DNA from: Octopus vulgaris
Lineage: Eukaryota
Reading direction: 5' to 3'
Length of the DNA stretch: 64,000 bases
Assembly (NCBI GenBank): GCA_951406725.2
Contig: OX597825.1
Span: 58,714,001-58,778,000 of the forward strand
Numbering within the stretch: the first letter of the stretch is position 1; each line of letters starts with the position of its first letter. A program made the position numbers and the translations under genes. Shown here one piece after another: positions 1-13,485 of this stretch. A model generated the notes under the pieces. That model was not told the origin of the DNA and did no database searches. It was given only the letters and a program-made list of their open reading frames with translations.

Positions 1-466
1 GAATTTATTTTTTGAGATAGTGTGATTGGTCACGAGAAATTCTTTTATCGGATAGCGTGATTGGTTACGAGAAACTCTTTCATCGGATCTGTTCAGTTTG
101 GCTCACAGAATTTTTAATTAATTATTTTTTTAACTAAACAGATTGAAACTTCGCATACTGGTATAATTTCTCACGCAGAACACGGTTTACTTTAAACATT
201 GTTGATAAAATTTTGTGTTTTAAAAGTTATTTCGTGTTAAAGTTGTCGTATTTGAGTAATTTTAACCAATCAACGTGTATTTAGTTGAAGAAAGCTACTG
301 CTGTTGGCGATAGTAATCGGAGAGGAACAACTTCCGGGTCATCTCAACTGAAAGTCACCACTCTGTTCTATTTTATTTTTTCTTTACTGTCTGTGTTGCA
401 TATTACAGGATTTTTTTTTAATTTTTGGTTCTCGTGTCGGAGTAACCAGTAAACATCGAAGAATCA

Positions 467-1010
467 ATGCTGGTGAGACCCATATTGGAGTATGGGATTC
501 AAGCCTCTTCTCCTTATCTCCTCAAAGACATACAGCACCTCGAAAGAGTTCAGAGGCTGGCTACCCGCCTGGTTCATGGTCTCAAAAATTTGTCCTACGA
601 AGAAAGGCTGAGGACGCTCGACCTTTATTCTCTTGAAAAACGCCGCCGCCGTGGTGATCTCATTCTCGCCCACAACATCATAAGCGGGAAGTGTAACCTC
701 TCGAAAGAGCTGTTCTTCACTCCTGCTCCGGAGCGTCGGCTGCGGGTTCATTCCGAAAAGCTCTACCTGCGACGATTTCATCTCAATCGAAGGAGAGGAG
801 CTTTCTCCGTCCGGGTTGCGGATCCGTGGAACAAGCTGCCAGATGAGATGGTGAAGATGCCAACGACCGCTTTGTTCAAAGCCTCCCTGGACCTCAAGTG
901 GCCTGAACTCTTTACATGAACACCACCCTGTACTTAACTCCATGTCCCCCTACATGGCCTTGCTATTTGCTTTTGAGCCAAATAACTAACTAACTAACTA
1001 ACTAACTAAC
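467..1010 (+). mobile_element. CR1/L2-group LINE 3' end: ORF2 C-terminus (467-919), 3' UTR and (TAAC)n tail
   Basis: Translation VRPILEY...LERVQRLATRLV...LSYEERL..LDLYSLEKRRRRGDLI is typical of the CR1-clade ORF2 C-terminus; ends in a (TAAC)n tail at ~983-1010. Confidence 0.9.
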
Positions 1011-1710
1011 CAAGAAGGAAGAAATATTTACATATATTTATTCGTTGCCCGACATCGGTATCTAAGCCTCGGGACCGAATTTTGGGAAAAATTATGGTTT
1101 TATCCACACATAAAGCGCACCAGTGTTAAAATGACCTGTAGAGCTACGGCTCCGCAGCTAGCTTTTTTTTTTTGTTGACGTGTATGTAATTTCAAAATGC
1201 TTTATTTTACAACTATGAGATGTATTGTTGTTGTTATGATTTTATCTTACTATAATCAACAACAAAAAGATTTCGTCAATATAAAAGTCTTTATTAGATT
1301 AAAAATAACATTATCAAGGTAAAACAAAACAAATATGCTTTTTTCTTCCAGGCACCAAAGTAATGTAGCCGTAGTCTTTCACGTTGTTCACCAACCGACC
1401 TTTCCTATGAAAAAAATCAGTGGAATCAGTCGATCTCCATACACAAATTATTTTTTCTCCTGAAATTTATAGAAAAGTACACTAATTAGGCGCACCTTTC
1501 TATAAACTGCACACAGGTAAAAAAAAAAATAGCGGCTTATACACCGGAAAATATAGTAATTATAGTGGCAGTGACAAACTCGCTCGCTGGTTGGTAGTTG
1601 ATAGTGTAGAAGTGGCTGTCTGCCAGTAGAGAAGGAAAGAGTAAGGAATGCACGAGAACAGAGTGGTGACATTTAGTAGAGATGACCCGAAAGTTGTTCC
1701 TCTTCGATTA

Positions 1711-2050
1711 GAGGGTGCTAGTTGATCCAATCAACGGAACAGCCTGCTCGTGAAACTAACGTGCAAGTGGCTGAGCACTCCACGGACACGTGTACCCTTA
1801 ACGTAGTTCTCGGGGAGATTCAGTGTGACACAGAGTGTGACAAGGTTGGCCTTTTGAAATACAGGTACAACAGAAACAGAAAGAAAGAGTGAGAGAAAGT
1901 TGTGGTGAAATAGTACAGCAAGGTTTGCTACCACCCACTGCCGGAGCCTCGTGGAGATTTGAGTGTTTTCGCTCAATAAACACTTACAACGAAACCGCGA
2001 TCGTATGACCGCGAGTCCGCTGCCTAACCACTGGGCCATTGCGCCTCCAC
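1711..2050 (-). mobile_element. tRNA-derived SINE, family A
   Basis: Minus-strand head GGTGGAGGCGCAATGGCCCAGTGGTTAG (A box). TSD CTTCGATTA at 1702-1710 and 2051-2059. Homologous to 12358-12695. Confidence 0.85.
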
Positions 2051-2304
2051 CTTCGATTACTATCGCAGAGAGCAATAGCTTTCTTCAACTGAATACACGT
2101 AGTTGATTGGTTAGAATTACACAAACACGACATCTTAACATGGAATAACTACTAAAATACAAAATTTTGTCAAAAATGTTCAAAGTAAACTGTGTTCTGT
2201 GTGAGAAATCACACCAGTATACGAAGTTTCAAACTATTTAGTTAAAAAAAAATTATTAAAAAATCTGTGAACAGAACTGAACAGATCCCTTTTATCATTT
2301 ATCG

Positions 2305-2597
2305 TTTACTTGTTTCTATCATTAGACTGCAGCCAGGCTGGGGCACCGCCTCAAAAGATTTTTAGTCGACTGAATTGACCACAGTACTTATTGCTTTATT
2401 TTAAGCCTGGTACTTATTCTATCAGTCTCTTTTGACAAACCTTTAAGTTTCGGCGGGGATGTAAACATACCAACACCAGTTGTCAAACGATAGTGGGGGA
2501 CAAACACAGACAAAAAGACACACACTACCTGAGGTTCGAACCCGCGAACCCTCGACCGCGAGTCCGCTGCTCTAACTACTAGGCCACGTGCCTCCAC
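2305..2597 (-). mobile_element. Family C SINE 3' part joined to a family A-like tRNA head (2530-2597)
   Basis: 2305-2525 matches the 3' half of 56320-56779. Head reads GTGGCCTAGTAGTTAGAGCAGCGG...GGTTCGAACC with A and B boxes. Confidence 0.7.
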
Positions 2598-3156
2598 AAG
2601 AGAACTGTTTAGTATGTTAAAAATTGTTTAGTATGTGTCACGGCGCCTTCCTTTTTATGTGCTTTCTCCCAAGCTAAAAATGTGTCATGAGTACTGCCTT
2701 TTCTTCTGCTTAAATGAATTAAAATTATATACGTCTCCTCGCTGAGGAGACACGTTTGGTCTGCTGTGTAAGCCTGTATAGGTTGTATTGTTTTCGAAGT
2801 GGGATGAGTGGCAAACTCAAGGGCTGCGCTAGGTGATGCACTTTCTAGTTATACCACAGCGATGAGGACTGACCCGTTACTAAATCGCTAGAAGATATTT
2901 TGTGACATATTTGACACTTGGACTAATGGAGATAAATTTAATTAATTGATTTATCTCCCGGTAATCAAAGGTATGCATTAAAAGATGATTGGCCTCATTA
3001 ACTTCATAGGCAGAGGAGAAGAAAGTGATAATTAGCAACTTTTAAGGCCTTTCGTGTTATCATTAATATCAAGGAAATATTCGCAAAACAAACACTTGCA
3101 ATTAGTCAGGAAAGGAAACCAGACTCGCTATTTATGAAAAATACATAATGAATGCC

Positions 3157-3314
3157 CGTGTGGTCAAGAAAGTTGATTTGCAGCCATGTGGTTTCAGATT
3201 CTGTCCCACTGCGTAGCACCTTGGGCAAATATCTTCTATGGGAGTCCCACTCCCACCGAGTTGACCAGTGCCTTGTAAGTAATTCTGATTGACAGAAACT
3301 TTGTGGAAGCTCGA

Positions 3315-3318
<4 letters not shown>
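3157..3318 (+). mobile_element. Family C SINE 5' fragment
   Basis: GTCCCACTGCGTAGCACCTTGGGCAAAT matches the other family C copies. Confidence 0.7.
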
Positions 3319-3354
<36 letters not shown>

Positions 3355-3640
3355 GTCTTCGAAACACATGTCGAAAGTAAAGGAATTTTGATAAAATCTT
3401 CGTTCGACTCCATTCTTTTCATTTATATATATATATCTGTTCATAAACAATTGTTTATAATTTTCACCTAAAAAGGTATTTTAATATGCTGGCCACTGGA
3501 TGAAATTTTTTGAAAAAATTTTATCCTATATTAGAATTATATGCATGTATGTATGTATGTATGTATGTATGTATGTATGTATGTATGTATGTGTGTGTGT
3601 GTAGAGAGAGAGAGGGGGAGAAAGAGGGAGGGGGGAGAAA

Positions 3641-3895
3641 GATGAAAGGAAGAAAATGGAGAATTATGGATATATGACAATGAGGTTGAAAGATTTTTTT
3701 AATAACAACAATACAAATAAATTATAAATTATAAAGCTGTAAAAAATGGCAGATGCCAAATATCTACATCTGCCTTTTCTTTTAGAGCTTTATAATTTAT
3801 TTGTATTGTTTTTATAAAAAAAATCTTTCAACCTCATTACATAATATAAATAAATTATTTATACATTTATAATTTTCCATTTTCTTCCTTTCATC
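3641..3895. repeat. Foldback inverted repeat (~115-130 bp arms, 11 nt loop)
   Basis: GATGAAAGGAAGAAAATGGA...GGCAGATG pairs with CATCTGCC...TCCATTTTCTTCCTTTCATC. Confidence 0.85.
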
Positions 3896-4027
3896 ATTAT
3901 GAACAATATGTATTACTATAATAATCCCTAACATATCACCGAAACTTTCTCCTGATATAATAGTGAATAATCAGTGAAATTTTTGGATTATTTAATCCTT
4001 AATGAGGACCTGACATCCTCGAATTCA

Positions 4028-4104
<77 letters not shown>

Positions 4105-4174
4105 AACAAACAAATACATACACACACACATACATACATACATACATACATACATACATACATACATACATACA

Positions 4175-4208
<34 letters not shown>

Positions 4209-4483
4209 CGAGGGGGTCAGTACTTACTTGAAACACGTTGAACCCGAAAATGCCTAAATTTGAGAAGAACCGGCCCGCGGGCTCACTCGTCCTGTTAATA
4301 AGTACTGTTAATAAGTACACAAAAGTCCTATCAGATGACATGAGTATAAAGAAATGTATTGAAATAAATCCGGAAATCAATCACAGTTTAATTATCTAGA
4401 GCTTCTAAATATACGATGTTGTGTGTGTTCTTTAATAGGTGTATAAATGAAAAGATTTTGGGGACTTCCAACTAGCGAACATC

Positions 4484-5040
4484 CTACATATAATTGCCAA
4501 TGAGAGAAGCAAGGTGAAGTCCAACAACCTTGAGAGATTGTCCTTGCGACTTGTTTATTGAAATAGCGAAACTTAGTTTCACTGGGAACTGGAACCGTTT
4601 AAATTCAGTGGAGGGGGGGTCATATGGGATTAACGGGATCTGTGGAATGAAGACATCCTCACCCTTATAGTTCCTAGTCATAATTGTTGTCTCTAGGACA
4701 TGGGGTCGCATCGCTTTTACCACCAGTCTAGTGCCATTGCACAGACGATGTGGATCCAGATTTTTGAACAGCGTGATTGGGGACCCCTTTTTAATGTGTT
4801 AAGTGGTGAGGCAGCATCCCAGATGTAGAGAGCTCATGAACTCCTTTGGTAATACTACAGCCTGGTCCTGATCAGGGGCAGTGTCAAGGGATTTGGAAGA
4901 CTGTTCTTGTCCGTGCAACAGCTGCAAGAGATCTCAGTTGATCTTGTCGACAGCATCATTACGTGGAGCTAAGATGGCTCCCTCACAGAGCCATTGACTG
5001 TTGCTAAAGTTTTGTGTAATGTTTGGGAGAACATGCATCA
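4484..5040 (-). pseudogene. Helitron Rep-Hel PIF1-type helicase C-terminal remnant
   Basis: Fragmented translation AILAPRNDAVDKIN...LCNGTRLVV...IPQIPLIP...FKRFQFPVKLSFAISINKSQGQSL, which are Helitron helicase motifs; frameshifted. Confidence 0.9.
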
Positions 5041-5065
5041 TTGACTGTTGGTACCATCTCACCAT

Positions 5066-5820
5066 AGGCTTTCTGCGTCCCTCCCCCCACGAGTTTGGAT
5101 GATGATAACTTTCAGAAAAATGATATATTTTTAGTAAAATTTTCTACGAACATGTTATATCATGTAGATTCCGAATATACAAAGTTTTTGGCGGGTGGGG
5201 TGAGAGTATTTTAGGAAAGGGTGGGGAGGATGTTCGGAAAATTCACCGGAGTCCATTTCAATTCGTCTTAACTTTCACACACATACACTTTATGTATACT
5301 TGACGGCCTGTCAATTATTATGTATATATGACGCACACACAGACACACATATTAACCTATCAATAAAATCTCTTAACATTCTACCGGTTGTGTCTCTTTT
5401 CCTTCTGGCACTTATACGCATTTATCCTTTTCGCATTTATTGTATCGACCATGTGGTGTACTAAAGGAGTTAGTCTCGTCACCTCTCCTTCGCAAGGTCG
5501 TTTATATATCTGTATATAACAATTTAGCTGTTATATTTAGCATGAGTTATCTGCTGAGGGCTTCATTGGCCTTCGTTTCCCGTTGCGTCAGTAGAAAACT
5601 ACGGATGGACAAAAGCACAAAACAGAGAAAATGTAACAAATATGGACGACTTGTTTCGAAACAACCCCGAGTGGGGAACAGTTCTCAAAAATAACCCCCA
5701 ATTGTTTCCCCCCTAAATTCTTATATTCTCGGAATCTACATAGTCAATCTCATTAAAAAATATCCATTTTCCTGAAAGTTGAGCGAACTGAACTCCGGGG
5801 CGGGGTGCAAAAATCTGTAG
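5066..5820. mobile_element. Degenerate long-TIR non-autonomous DNA element
   Basis: AACTTTCAGAAAAATG..ATGTAGATTCCGAA (5107-5175) is mirrored by TCGGAATCTACAT..CATTTTCCTGAAAGTT (5729-5780). Confidence 0.5.
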
Positions 5821-5905
5821 TTATGCCCGGCATAACTACAGGTTTCTGTCTCCTGCCCCACCGACTGTTGACAAGTGATCAATTAATTGAAATCTCCGTA
5901 TGAAA

Positions 5906-5941
<36 letters not shown>

Positions 5942-6054
5942 GCACACACACAAGTATATATCTTTACGCAAATAGAAAGCCAGAGAATATAAAAAATGAG
6001 AGTAACTTTAGAAATTCATTTTTGTCTGAAATGTCATACTTGTAATGTGTGTAC

Positions 6055-6134
<80 letters not shown>

Positions 6135-6678
6135 AGCTGATTACTTAGTTACTATTTTGACATTGACAAAACAGTTAACTGAAGGTGTTAATAAGTCAAT
6201 TTGCGCCAAGAATAATCACATGAGATTTAAATGCGAAATATCAATATCTTGTTCCAAAAATGTCCAAAATATCTATTGGAAAATCAATGTACAATATACA
6301 GCACTTCATTTAATTAATTGAGAAAAAGGCGTCTATCTCCGTATGAAATTATTTTCTCTGACATGAAATTACCTTTAGAAATTCTTTTTTTATTAGAAAT
6401 CGTCACAACTGTAATGATGTATACATATGAGTGTGTGTTAATAGCTGGTTGGGATGCCAAAGACAGGAAGTTTAAACACATGGAGTTGCGAAAACGATTT
6501 GAAGAAGTGAATTTTTATATAGAGAGCAATATTATTTATTTTTAATAAAGAAAAAATCAAGACCGTATTATTGTTTCCATGGTCAAATTGTTCATGTACC
6601 CTTAGTATGGTACAGATTGCTCCAGAGGTTTGAGCGTGCATTGAGGACACACACACACACACACACACAGAGACAGGG

Positions 6679-6753
<75 letters not shown>

Positions 6754-6762
6754 TATATGTTA

Positions 6763-6802
<40 letters not shown>

Positions 6803-7689
6803 ATATACACACATATATATATATGGGTGCGTATATGTTAATACATATACATACATACATATATATACGTATATATATATATATATATATATGAAATAAA
6901 CCTCTCTGCGTGTATATTCGCTTTTAACGGGAGAAAGGCTGCGCAAATTGGCTCAATATTTGGGGTACATGGATAATTTGACCTTGGATACATAATAGGC
7001 TCTTCATTTTATTTTTCTTATTAAAAATAAATAACATTGCTTTATATATATGATTCACTTCTTTAAAAAGGTATTTTAATGTCGACTTCCGGTATTGGCA
7101 TAGCAACCGTTGCAGGCTAAATTTTCTGTTTTCATTTGCGAAATCACTCATTCTCTATTTTAATGGTTTATTTTCAAGTTGTAATTCGCTATTTGCAAAC
7201 AGCTCCGATAAATTACTGAAAAAATATTTACTAAGCAAGTGAGATTTTTTATTAATGAAAGATTTCAAGAATATTTGCTTTCTGAATTTCCTTTCATTAT
7301 TGAATATTTCAAGTTCACAAATTTAAATATTCTGTACAGGAGAGAGAGGAGAGGAGAAAGAGAAAGAGAGAGTGATGTCTAAGTGGCACATTCTCTCTCT
7401 CACATGCACACATACATACAAAAATGTATGCATATTTATTTATGTACATATACATGACAACACAACCCTTCACTCACACTCTTTCTCTTTCTCTCTCTCT
7501 CTCTCACACACACACACAGACACATGTCCAATTCATATACTCGTGCATACATCTTTCACCTTCTCTCCTCTTTCACTTTAAAACAAAAGTAAATAACTAA
7601 ATTTTTTTTTCTTTTTTGGAAATGAACGAACAAAGCCAGCTGTCCATTTTGGCATTTCTGTGGGTTCAACCGAAAGATTAATCTTGAAA

Positions 7690-7804
7690 TCAGCCGAAAT
7701 TGCGAGGATGATCCGGTTCTTGACTGAAGATTAGAGGCTTCGAATGACCCGTCCGTGTTTTTTGTATCGTCTATTTGAATGTTTTGCGTTCTTGTTCCAT
7801 TTTG

Positions 7805-7805
<1 letters not shown>
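7690..7805 (+). repeat. Dispersed repeat fragment; an inverted, longer copy lies at 10460-10760
   Basis: TCAGCCGAAATTGCGAGGAT...GTTTTGCGTTCTTGTTCCAT is the reverse complement of 10463-10616. Confidence 0.7.
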
Positions 7806-7849
<44 letters not shown>

Positions 7850-7883
7850 CGGCGTACGCACACCTTATTCTCTTATATTTAAG

Positions 7884-7928
<45 letters not shown>

Positions 7929-8034
7929 AATCTCACCACAGTTTGACAACCGATATTGGTTTGTTTAGGTCCCTGCAACTTAGTGATTTGACGAAATTAA
8001 CCGAGAGAATAAGTACTTAACTTACAATAATAAC

Positions 8035-8512
8035 AATAATCCTTTCGACTAAAGGCACCACAACTGAAATTTGGTGGAAGGGGACTAGTGGATTGCATAG
8101 ACCCCAGTCCATTACTGTTACTTAATTTATTGACACTGAAAGGATGAAAAGCAAAGTCGACCTCTGCTGAATTTAGGGGGAGGAGGCCAGTCGATTAGAT
8201 CGATCCAGTACGCAACTGGCATTTAATTTATCGAACCCGAAAGGATGAAAGGCAAAGTCGACCTCACTGGAATTTGAACTTAGAACGTAAAGACAAAATG
8301 CCGCTAAGCGTTTTGCCCATGGTGCTAGCAATTCTGCCAGCTCGACGCCTTTTTCTAAATAATTATAGTAATCCATTCTACTAAAGGCACAATGCCTGAA
8401 ATTTGTGGAGAGGGGACCAGTCAATTACATCGACTCCAGTGCTTCACTGGTACTTAATTTATCGACCCCGAAAGAATGAAAGGCAAAGTCGACCACAGCG
8501 GAATTTGAACTC
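8035..8512 (-). mobile_element. Family B SINE copies in tandem
   Basis: Repeated ATCGACCCCGAAAGGATGAAAGGCAAAGTCGACCTC..GAATTTGAACTC block. Confidence 0.85.
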
Positions 8513-8552
8513 AAATAATAATAATAACAGCAGCAACAACAACAACAACAAC

Positions 8553-8613
<61 letters not shown>

Positions 8614-9070
8614 TCATGTACATTGTTTTGTCTTGGTATAAAAGATGGGCTACAGCAAATATTCTGCTCAATACCACAGATTTGCTTGTCAGTAGTTTGA
8701 CCTTAACCAGTTGAGCATGTCCCTTAGTGGCTGACGATATGTGCATCTCTGATCACGAGCAGAAGTAGTGGGGGAGCATCATAGCCGTGTGTTGAAAGGA
8801 ATTCTTGGAGGTTTGGATAATTCACCTTTGGAAACATGGGTGATTCGTTCAACATCCTTAAACAATCCTTTTGAGCGAAAATTCTAACTGGGCCCCACCT
8901 GCAAGGTCATGTGCTGTTTATCTTGATATGAGATCACCATGTCGCGCACATATTGTTGTGATGCATGTGCCTGGTGTACCCTTATCAGACGGGTAATCAT
9001 GAAGGGTATACTGGGCTTCGTATATTTTACCTCCAGTGTCACTTTGGTGGCATGCACTACTCTCTCACCC
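8614..9070 (+). mobile_element. Unclassified ~460 bp non-coding insert lying within an (AAT)n array
   Basis: Complex sequence bounded on both sides by long (AAT)n; no credible ORF. Confidence 0.45.
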
Positions 9071-9182
<112 letters not shown>

Positions 9183-10358
9183 TTAATAATAATGATAATA
9201 ATTACTGGGTGGAATTTTTAGACTAAACACTTCACAGCAGTGTCCCCACACAATCCAAGGACTGAAACAAGTAAACCGTGAAAGATAAAAGATATGTTGA
9301 GAGGTTTACTTAACAACAAATTGAACAACCACTCACTTACCAAAACCTTTTTTTTTTCACGGCTTTTTTTTTTTTGCCTCTTTGTCTCTTTTGCCTTTGT
9401 TTTGACACCGAACAAAGTCAATCATCTCACAAAAGGAATTTAATTTTACCAGAGCTAATATTTGCATAAGAACAGCCAAATAATACAGCAGTATCATACC
9501 ATATGACAGAATCGACAATGGAGATAGTCGGGGTTACGCGTAACAAAAGAAAGATAAAAGCCTGAAATTTTCACAAATGAGAAAAAGAGTAATTAAAGTA
9601 ATAAAAAACGTATAATAAATTATAAGATTAACCGATTCTTTAAGAGTCAGATGACTATGTCTGCGACATTTTTTTATTTTGAATTTTTGATATATTTTGT
9701 GCATTATTGATTTTGTTTTTGTTTTTATCAGGACAAAATGGTAATGACTTAATTATAATGGCTTGGGAATATAATGCATTCAAAACGATCGTTTGTAGTA
9801 AACCGATAATAATAAAACCATCGATCCCACAAGAATGAAAGGGAAAATTTAGTTATGTGGGGATTTGAACTCACAAAGGAAAGATAAAGAAATAATTATT
9901 GTAAAGAATACAACCAAACACAAACACGGTTATATATTTCTTTTGCTAAATTCACCATTTTAATTTTGCGAAACATTTTCTCATACTCATGTGTGTGTGT
10001 GTACATGTGTGTCCGTGTTTGTGAGCATGTGTGTGCAAGTGTGTCTATAGGGTAACTATAAGGTGGCTAGCTGGCGGCATCATTACAGCATCGAGCAAAA
10101 TGCTTAACGGCATTTCTTCCGACTCTTCACGTACTCACTTCAAATTCCGGCGATGTCGGAATACAATTACAGGAGAAAAGAGCGTAATGATATTATTTAG
10201 AAGGGCGCACTTCTTTTCTTGGGGGGGAGCATGTGCCTCTTAGACCTCCCCCCTTGGGAGATTTTTTAGAGATTAATTCTAGATCGAACGATTCTGGCTT
10301 AGCAATAAAAATTACTCTGCCTTCGTCAGTAGAATATACTAAAATAGTACATAAATGC

Positions 10359-10431
<73 letters not shown>

Positions 10432-10436
<5 letters not shown>

Positions 10437-10763
10437 GGGACAAGAACACAGATATATATATAATGGAACAAGAACGCAAAACATCCGGACAGCCAGGTGA
10501 TACAAAAATGGGACAACAAAACATCCAGATAGACGATACAAAGAAAACAAGGACGGATCATTCGAAGTTTTCTTTCCTCAGTCAAGCACCAGATTATCCT
10601 CGCAATTTCGGCTGATTATACTCGAGATCGTTCCAGTCTGGCCAGCCCCAAGGAAAAAACTAAGCTAAGAGCATTAGATTCTTTGGAAGAAAGCAGCGAA
10701 TGTATACAAAAACAAGGACTGAAAAAAAAAAAACGGACGTTACACACATACAATAAAAATAAT

Positions 10764-10765
<2 letters not shown>
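10432..10765 (-). repeat. Dispersed repeat between (TA)n tracts, same family as 7690-7805
   Basis: Reverse-complement match to 7690-7805. Confidence 0.65.
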
Positions 10766-10817
<52 letters not shown>

Positions 10818-10878
10818 CCCATACAAATACATACATATTCATACGTATACATACATATATTCTCATGTATATACGAGG

Positions 10879-10962
<84 letters not shown>

Positions 10963-12357
10963 TGTATGTATGTATGTATGTATGTATGTATGTATGCATG
11001 CATGTATGTATGTTTGTATATACATAAAGAAAATGAGATGACAAAAGAAAAAAGTGAAACTTCATTAGCTTACAGCTATTTCTGCTACAAGATGCAATGG
11101 ACTCATAGTTGAGTGCCTGGACAACACCTTATAGCTTCATCGAAGCCTCGAATATGAAGTGCAAATTATATACATTTATATCTTTTAGTAATGCTGAAAA
11201 AAATCTTCGCAAACTGTTACTGAGTTTCATGTTATCGTTTATCAGACAATTTTGATGAATATCAGGGAAGACATTTTCGGCTTTAATAAAGAACAAACAA
11301 AAAAAAACAAGCATATTACTCCGCCTTCGGTATTCGTGTACTATTATTTTCCACCTTGTTTTGCCTTTACGTACCTACTTGTGTGTATGTGTATATATAA
11401 ACATGCATACATTCATACATGTGTGTGTATGTGTAGAGTAATTATGTATGCATGCATGTATAACATACTTTTTTTAAAGATACCTCACAGACTTTGCTGC
11501 TGTGTTGATACCAATATTCGAGATGTTGTTATTGACGACAGCCACGATCGTATAAGCGAAATTCCTCGTGGTTGAAATATTTTAAAAATCTGGTTTGCCC
11601 CAGCATGGTTACGGTCACTGGGGTGAAATAAGTAGAAGTAAAAGTACGCGTAAATGGCGCTAAGTTAGTGAATAAAAGTTAATTCTCTTCTATGGCAAAA
11701 AAAAAGTAACATTTACTGATCTAGGTTTCTAAGTCAGCAGAATCATAGTAGAAAACGTTAAATACCAGATTTTAGGCTGTTTTCTGCGATGAAACCACTG
11801 TCAATAAATGAATGGATGGTTGAATGGACAGAAAGATGGATGGATAGGATTGACAAAATGAAAGAAAGCAAATTATTCTCTCTCCGTTTGAGTTATAGTT
11901 GTTGTTTGGACGTAGCTGAAAACACTTAGCTATAAAGACCAGGTTGTAACCATTGTTCTGATTGGTTAGTTTTTAGGCGCAAATTGTTCCCTAAACAATT
12001 GAGCCAAATTACACGGTTAACTAATCAGATGCGCTAAAATGGATCCACGTAATTAATCTCTTGGCGGGAAAACTTTCATCTCTCCTGGGAGCCCACTATT
12101 TTCTATAAGAAATGCAGTTCTCGACTGTTCTACATCTTTGGCACACGCCACTGACCAAATGCAACTCATCTCTGACAAAGATATATCTGACACCGGCCAG
12201 TCTCCGCTTTCATTTCCACTAGACGCCTGCCTACATCGCTGCTGTATGAACCAACGGCTGTCTCAACAGTACGTTAACTTTGTCTACAAGATCAACAGTC
12301 CAGCTTAACCACGAAGTCTCTCACACATCTTTGTTGTAACCTGTTATGTTATTTTAT

Positions 12358-12695
12358 GTGGAGGCGGTCGTAGGATCGCGGTTTCGATTCCCAGACCGGG
12401 CGTTATGAGTGTTTATTGAGCGAAAACACCTAAAGCTCCACGAGGCTCCGGCAGGGATGGTGGTGATCCCTGCTGTACTCTTTCACCACAACTTTCTTTC
12501 ACTCTTACCTCCTGTATTTCAAAGGGCCGGCCTTGTCACTCCCTGTGTCACACTGAATATCCCCGAGAATTACGTTAAGGGTACACGTGTCTGTGGAGTG
12601 CTCAGCCACTTACACGTTAATTTCACGAGCAGGCTGTTCCGTTGATCGGATCAACCGGAACCCTCGTCGTCGTAACCGATCGAGTGCTTCCACAC
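12358..12695 (+). mobile_element. Family A SINE with a deletion in the head
   Basis: B box GGTTTCGATTCCC; body matches 1711-2050; 13 bp TSD TATGTTATTTTAT at 12345-12357 and 12696-12708. Confidence 0.9.
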
Positions 12696-13042
12696 TATGT
12701 TATTTTATCTCATGTATGGCAATCATTGTATCTTATAACGGAGAATAAATCGTCGCTTACCAGTTCATTTTCACCGCAAATCGTATATACATTCGCACAT
12801 CCTTATGAACCATCATCTTCGTTACAGATATGATCATATGTTGTATACTATGGCCGATAAAGGCAAACCACTCAATTAAAGGTTCCATGATGGAATGGAG
12901 GCAAGCGTCAGGGTGAGTGAACACCTGCTGCAAGAGGTACCTAGAAAGATTGAAATGTGCTGCTCAGATTTAAGAGAGAAATCAAGCGATGGCACTGTTC
13001 GAAATCGAGTTGTAGATTTTGTCACTCAATAATATCTATTAA

Positions 13043-13485
13043 ATTTTGGCACAAGTCCAGCAAGTTCGAAGGATTACATCGACCCCAGTACTCACCTAGT
13101 ACTTATTTTATCGAACTCTAAAGGATGAAAGGTAAAGCTCGACCTCGGTGGAATTTGAACTCAGAACTTAAAGACAGATGAAATACCGCTTAGCTCTTTG
13201 CTCGGCGGACTTAACGACTCTGCCTATTTGCTGCCCTAATAACATCTATATATTCTTTTCTACTCTAGGCAAAAGGTCCGAAATTTTGTGGGGAGAGGGG
13301 CCAGTCGATTAGATCGACCCCAGTATGCAACTTGTACTTAATTTATCAACCCCGAAAGGTTGAAAGGCAAAGTCGACCTCAGCGGAATTTGAACTCAGAA
13401 CATAAAGACAGATAAAATAGCGCTTAGCACTTTACTCGGCGTGCTAACTACTCTGCCTATTTGCTGCCCTGATAACATCTATATA
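13043..13485 (-). mobile_element. Two tandem family B SINE copies
   Basis: Both copies end in the shared variant CTCTGCCTATTTGCTGCCCT..TAACATCTATAT, implying local duplication. Confidence 0.85.

Larger units (their letters stand above)
85..2288. mobile_element. Non-autonomous DNA transposon with ~280 bp terminal inverted repeats (Merlin- or MULE-like), hosting nested insertions
   Basis: 85-368 is the reverse complement of 1656-1710 plus 2060-2288. Termini are GGATCTGTTCAG...CTGAACAGATCC. The flanking 8-mers CTTTCATC (77-84) and CTTTTATC (2289-2296) look like a TSD with one mismatch. Confidence 0.7.

Noticed and set aside
464-943. 159 aa minus-strand ORF
   Set aside because: Antisense shadow of the CR1 ORF2 fragment.
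2530-2597. Possible tRNA gene
   Set aside because: A and B boxes are present but there is no acceptor stem; it is a SINE head.
6318-6545. ORF with a protein-like stretch AGWDAKDRKFKHMELRKRFEE after an AG
   Set aside because: No recognisable domain, weak splice signals, and it overlaps a degenerate local duplication.
11990-12960. Possible decayed mariner-like transposase around the SINE
   Set aside because: No unambiguous motif could be read by eye.
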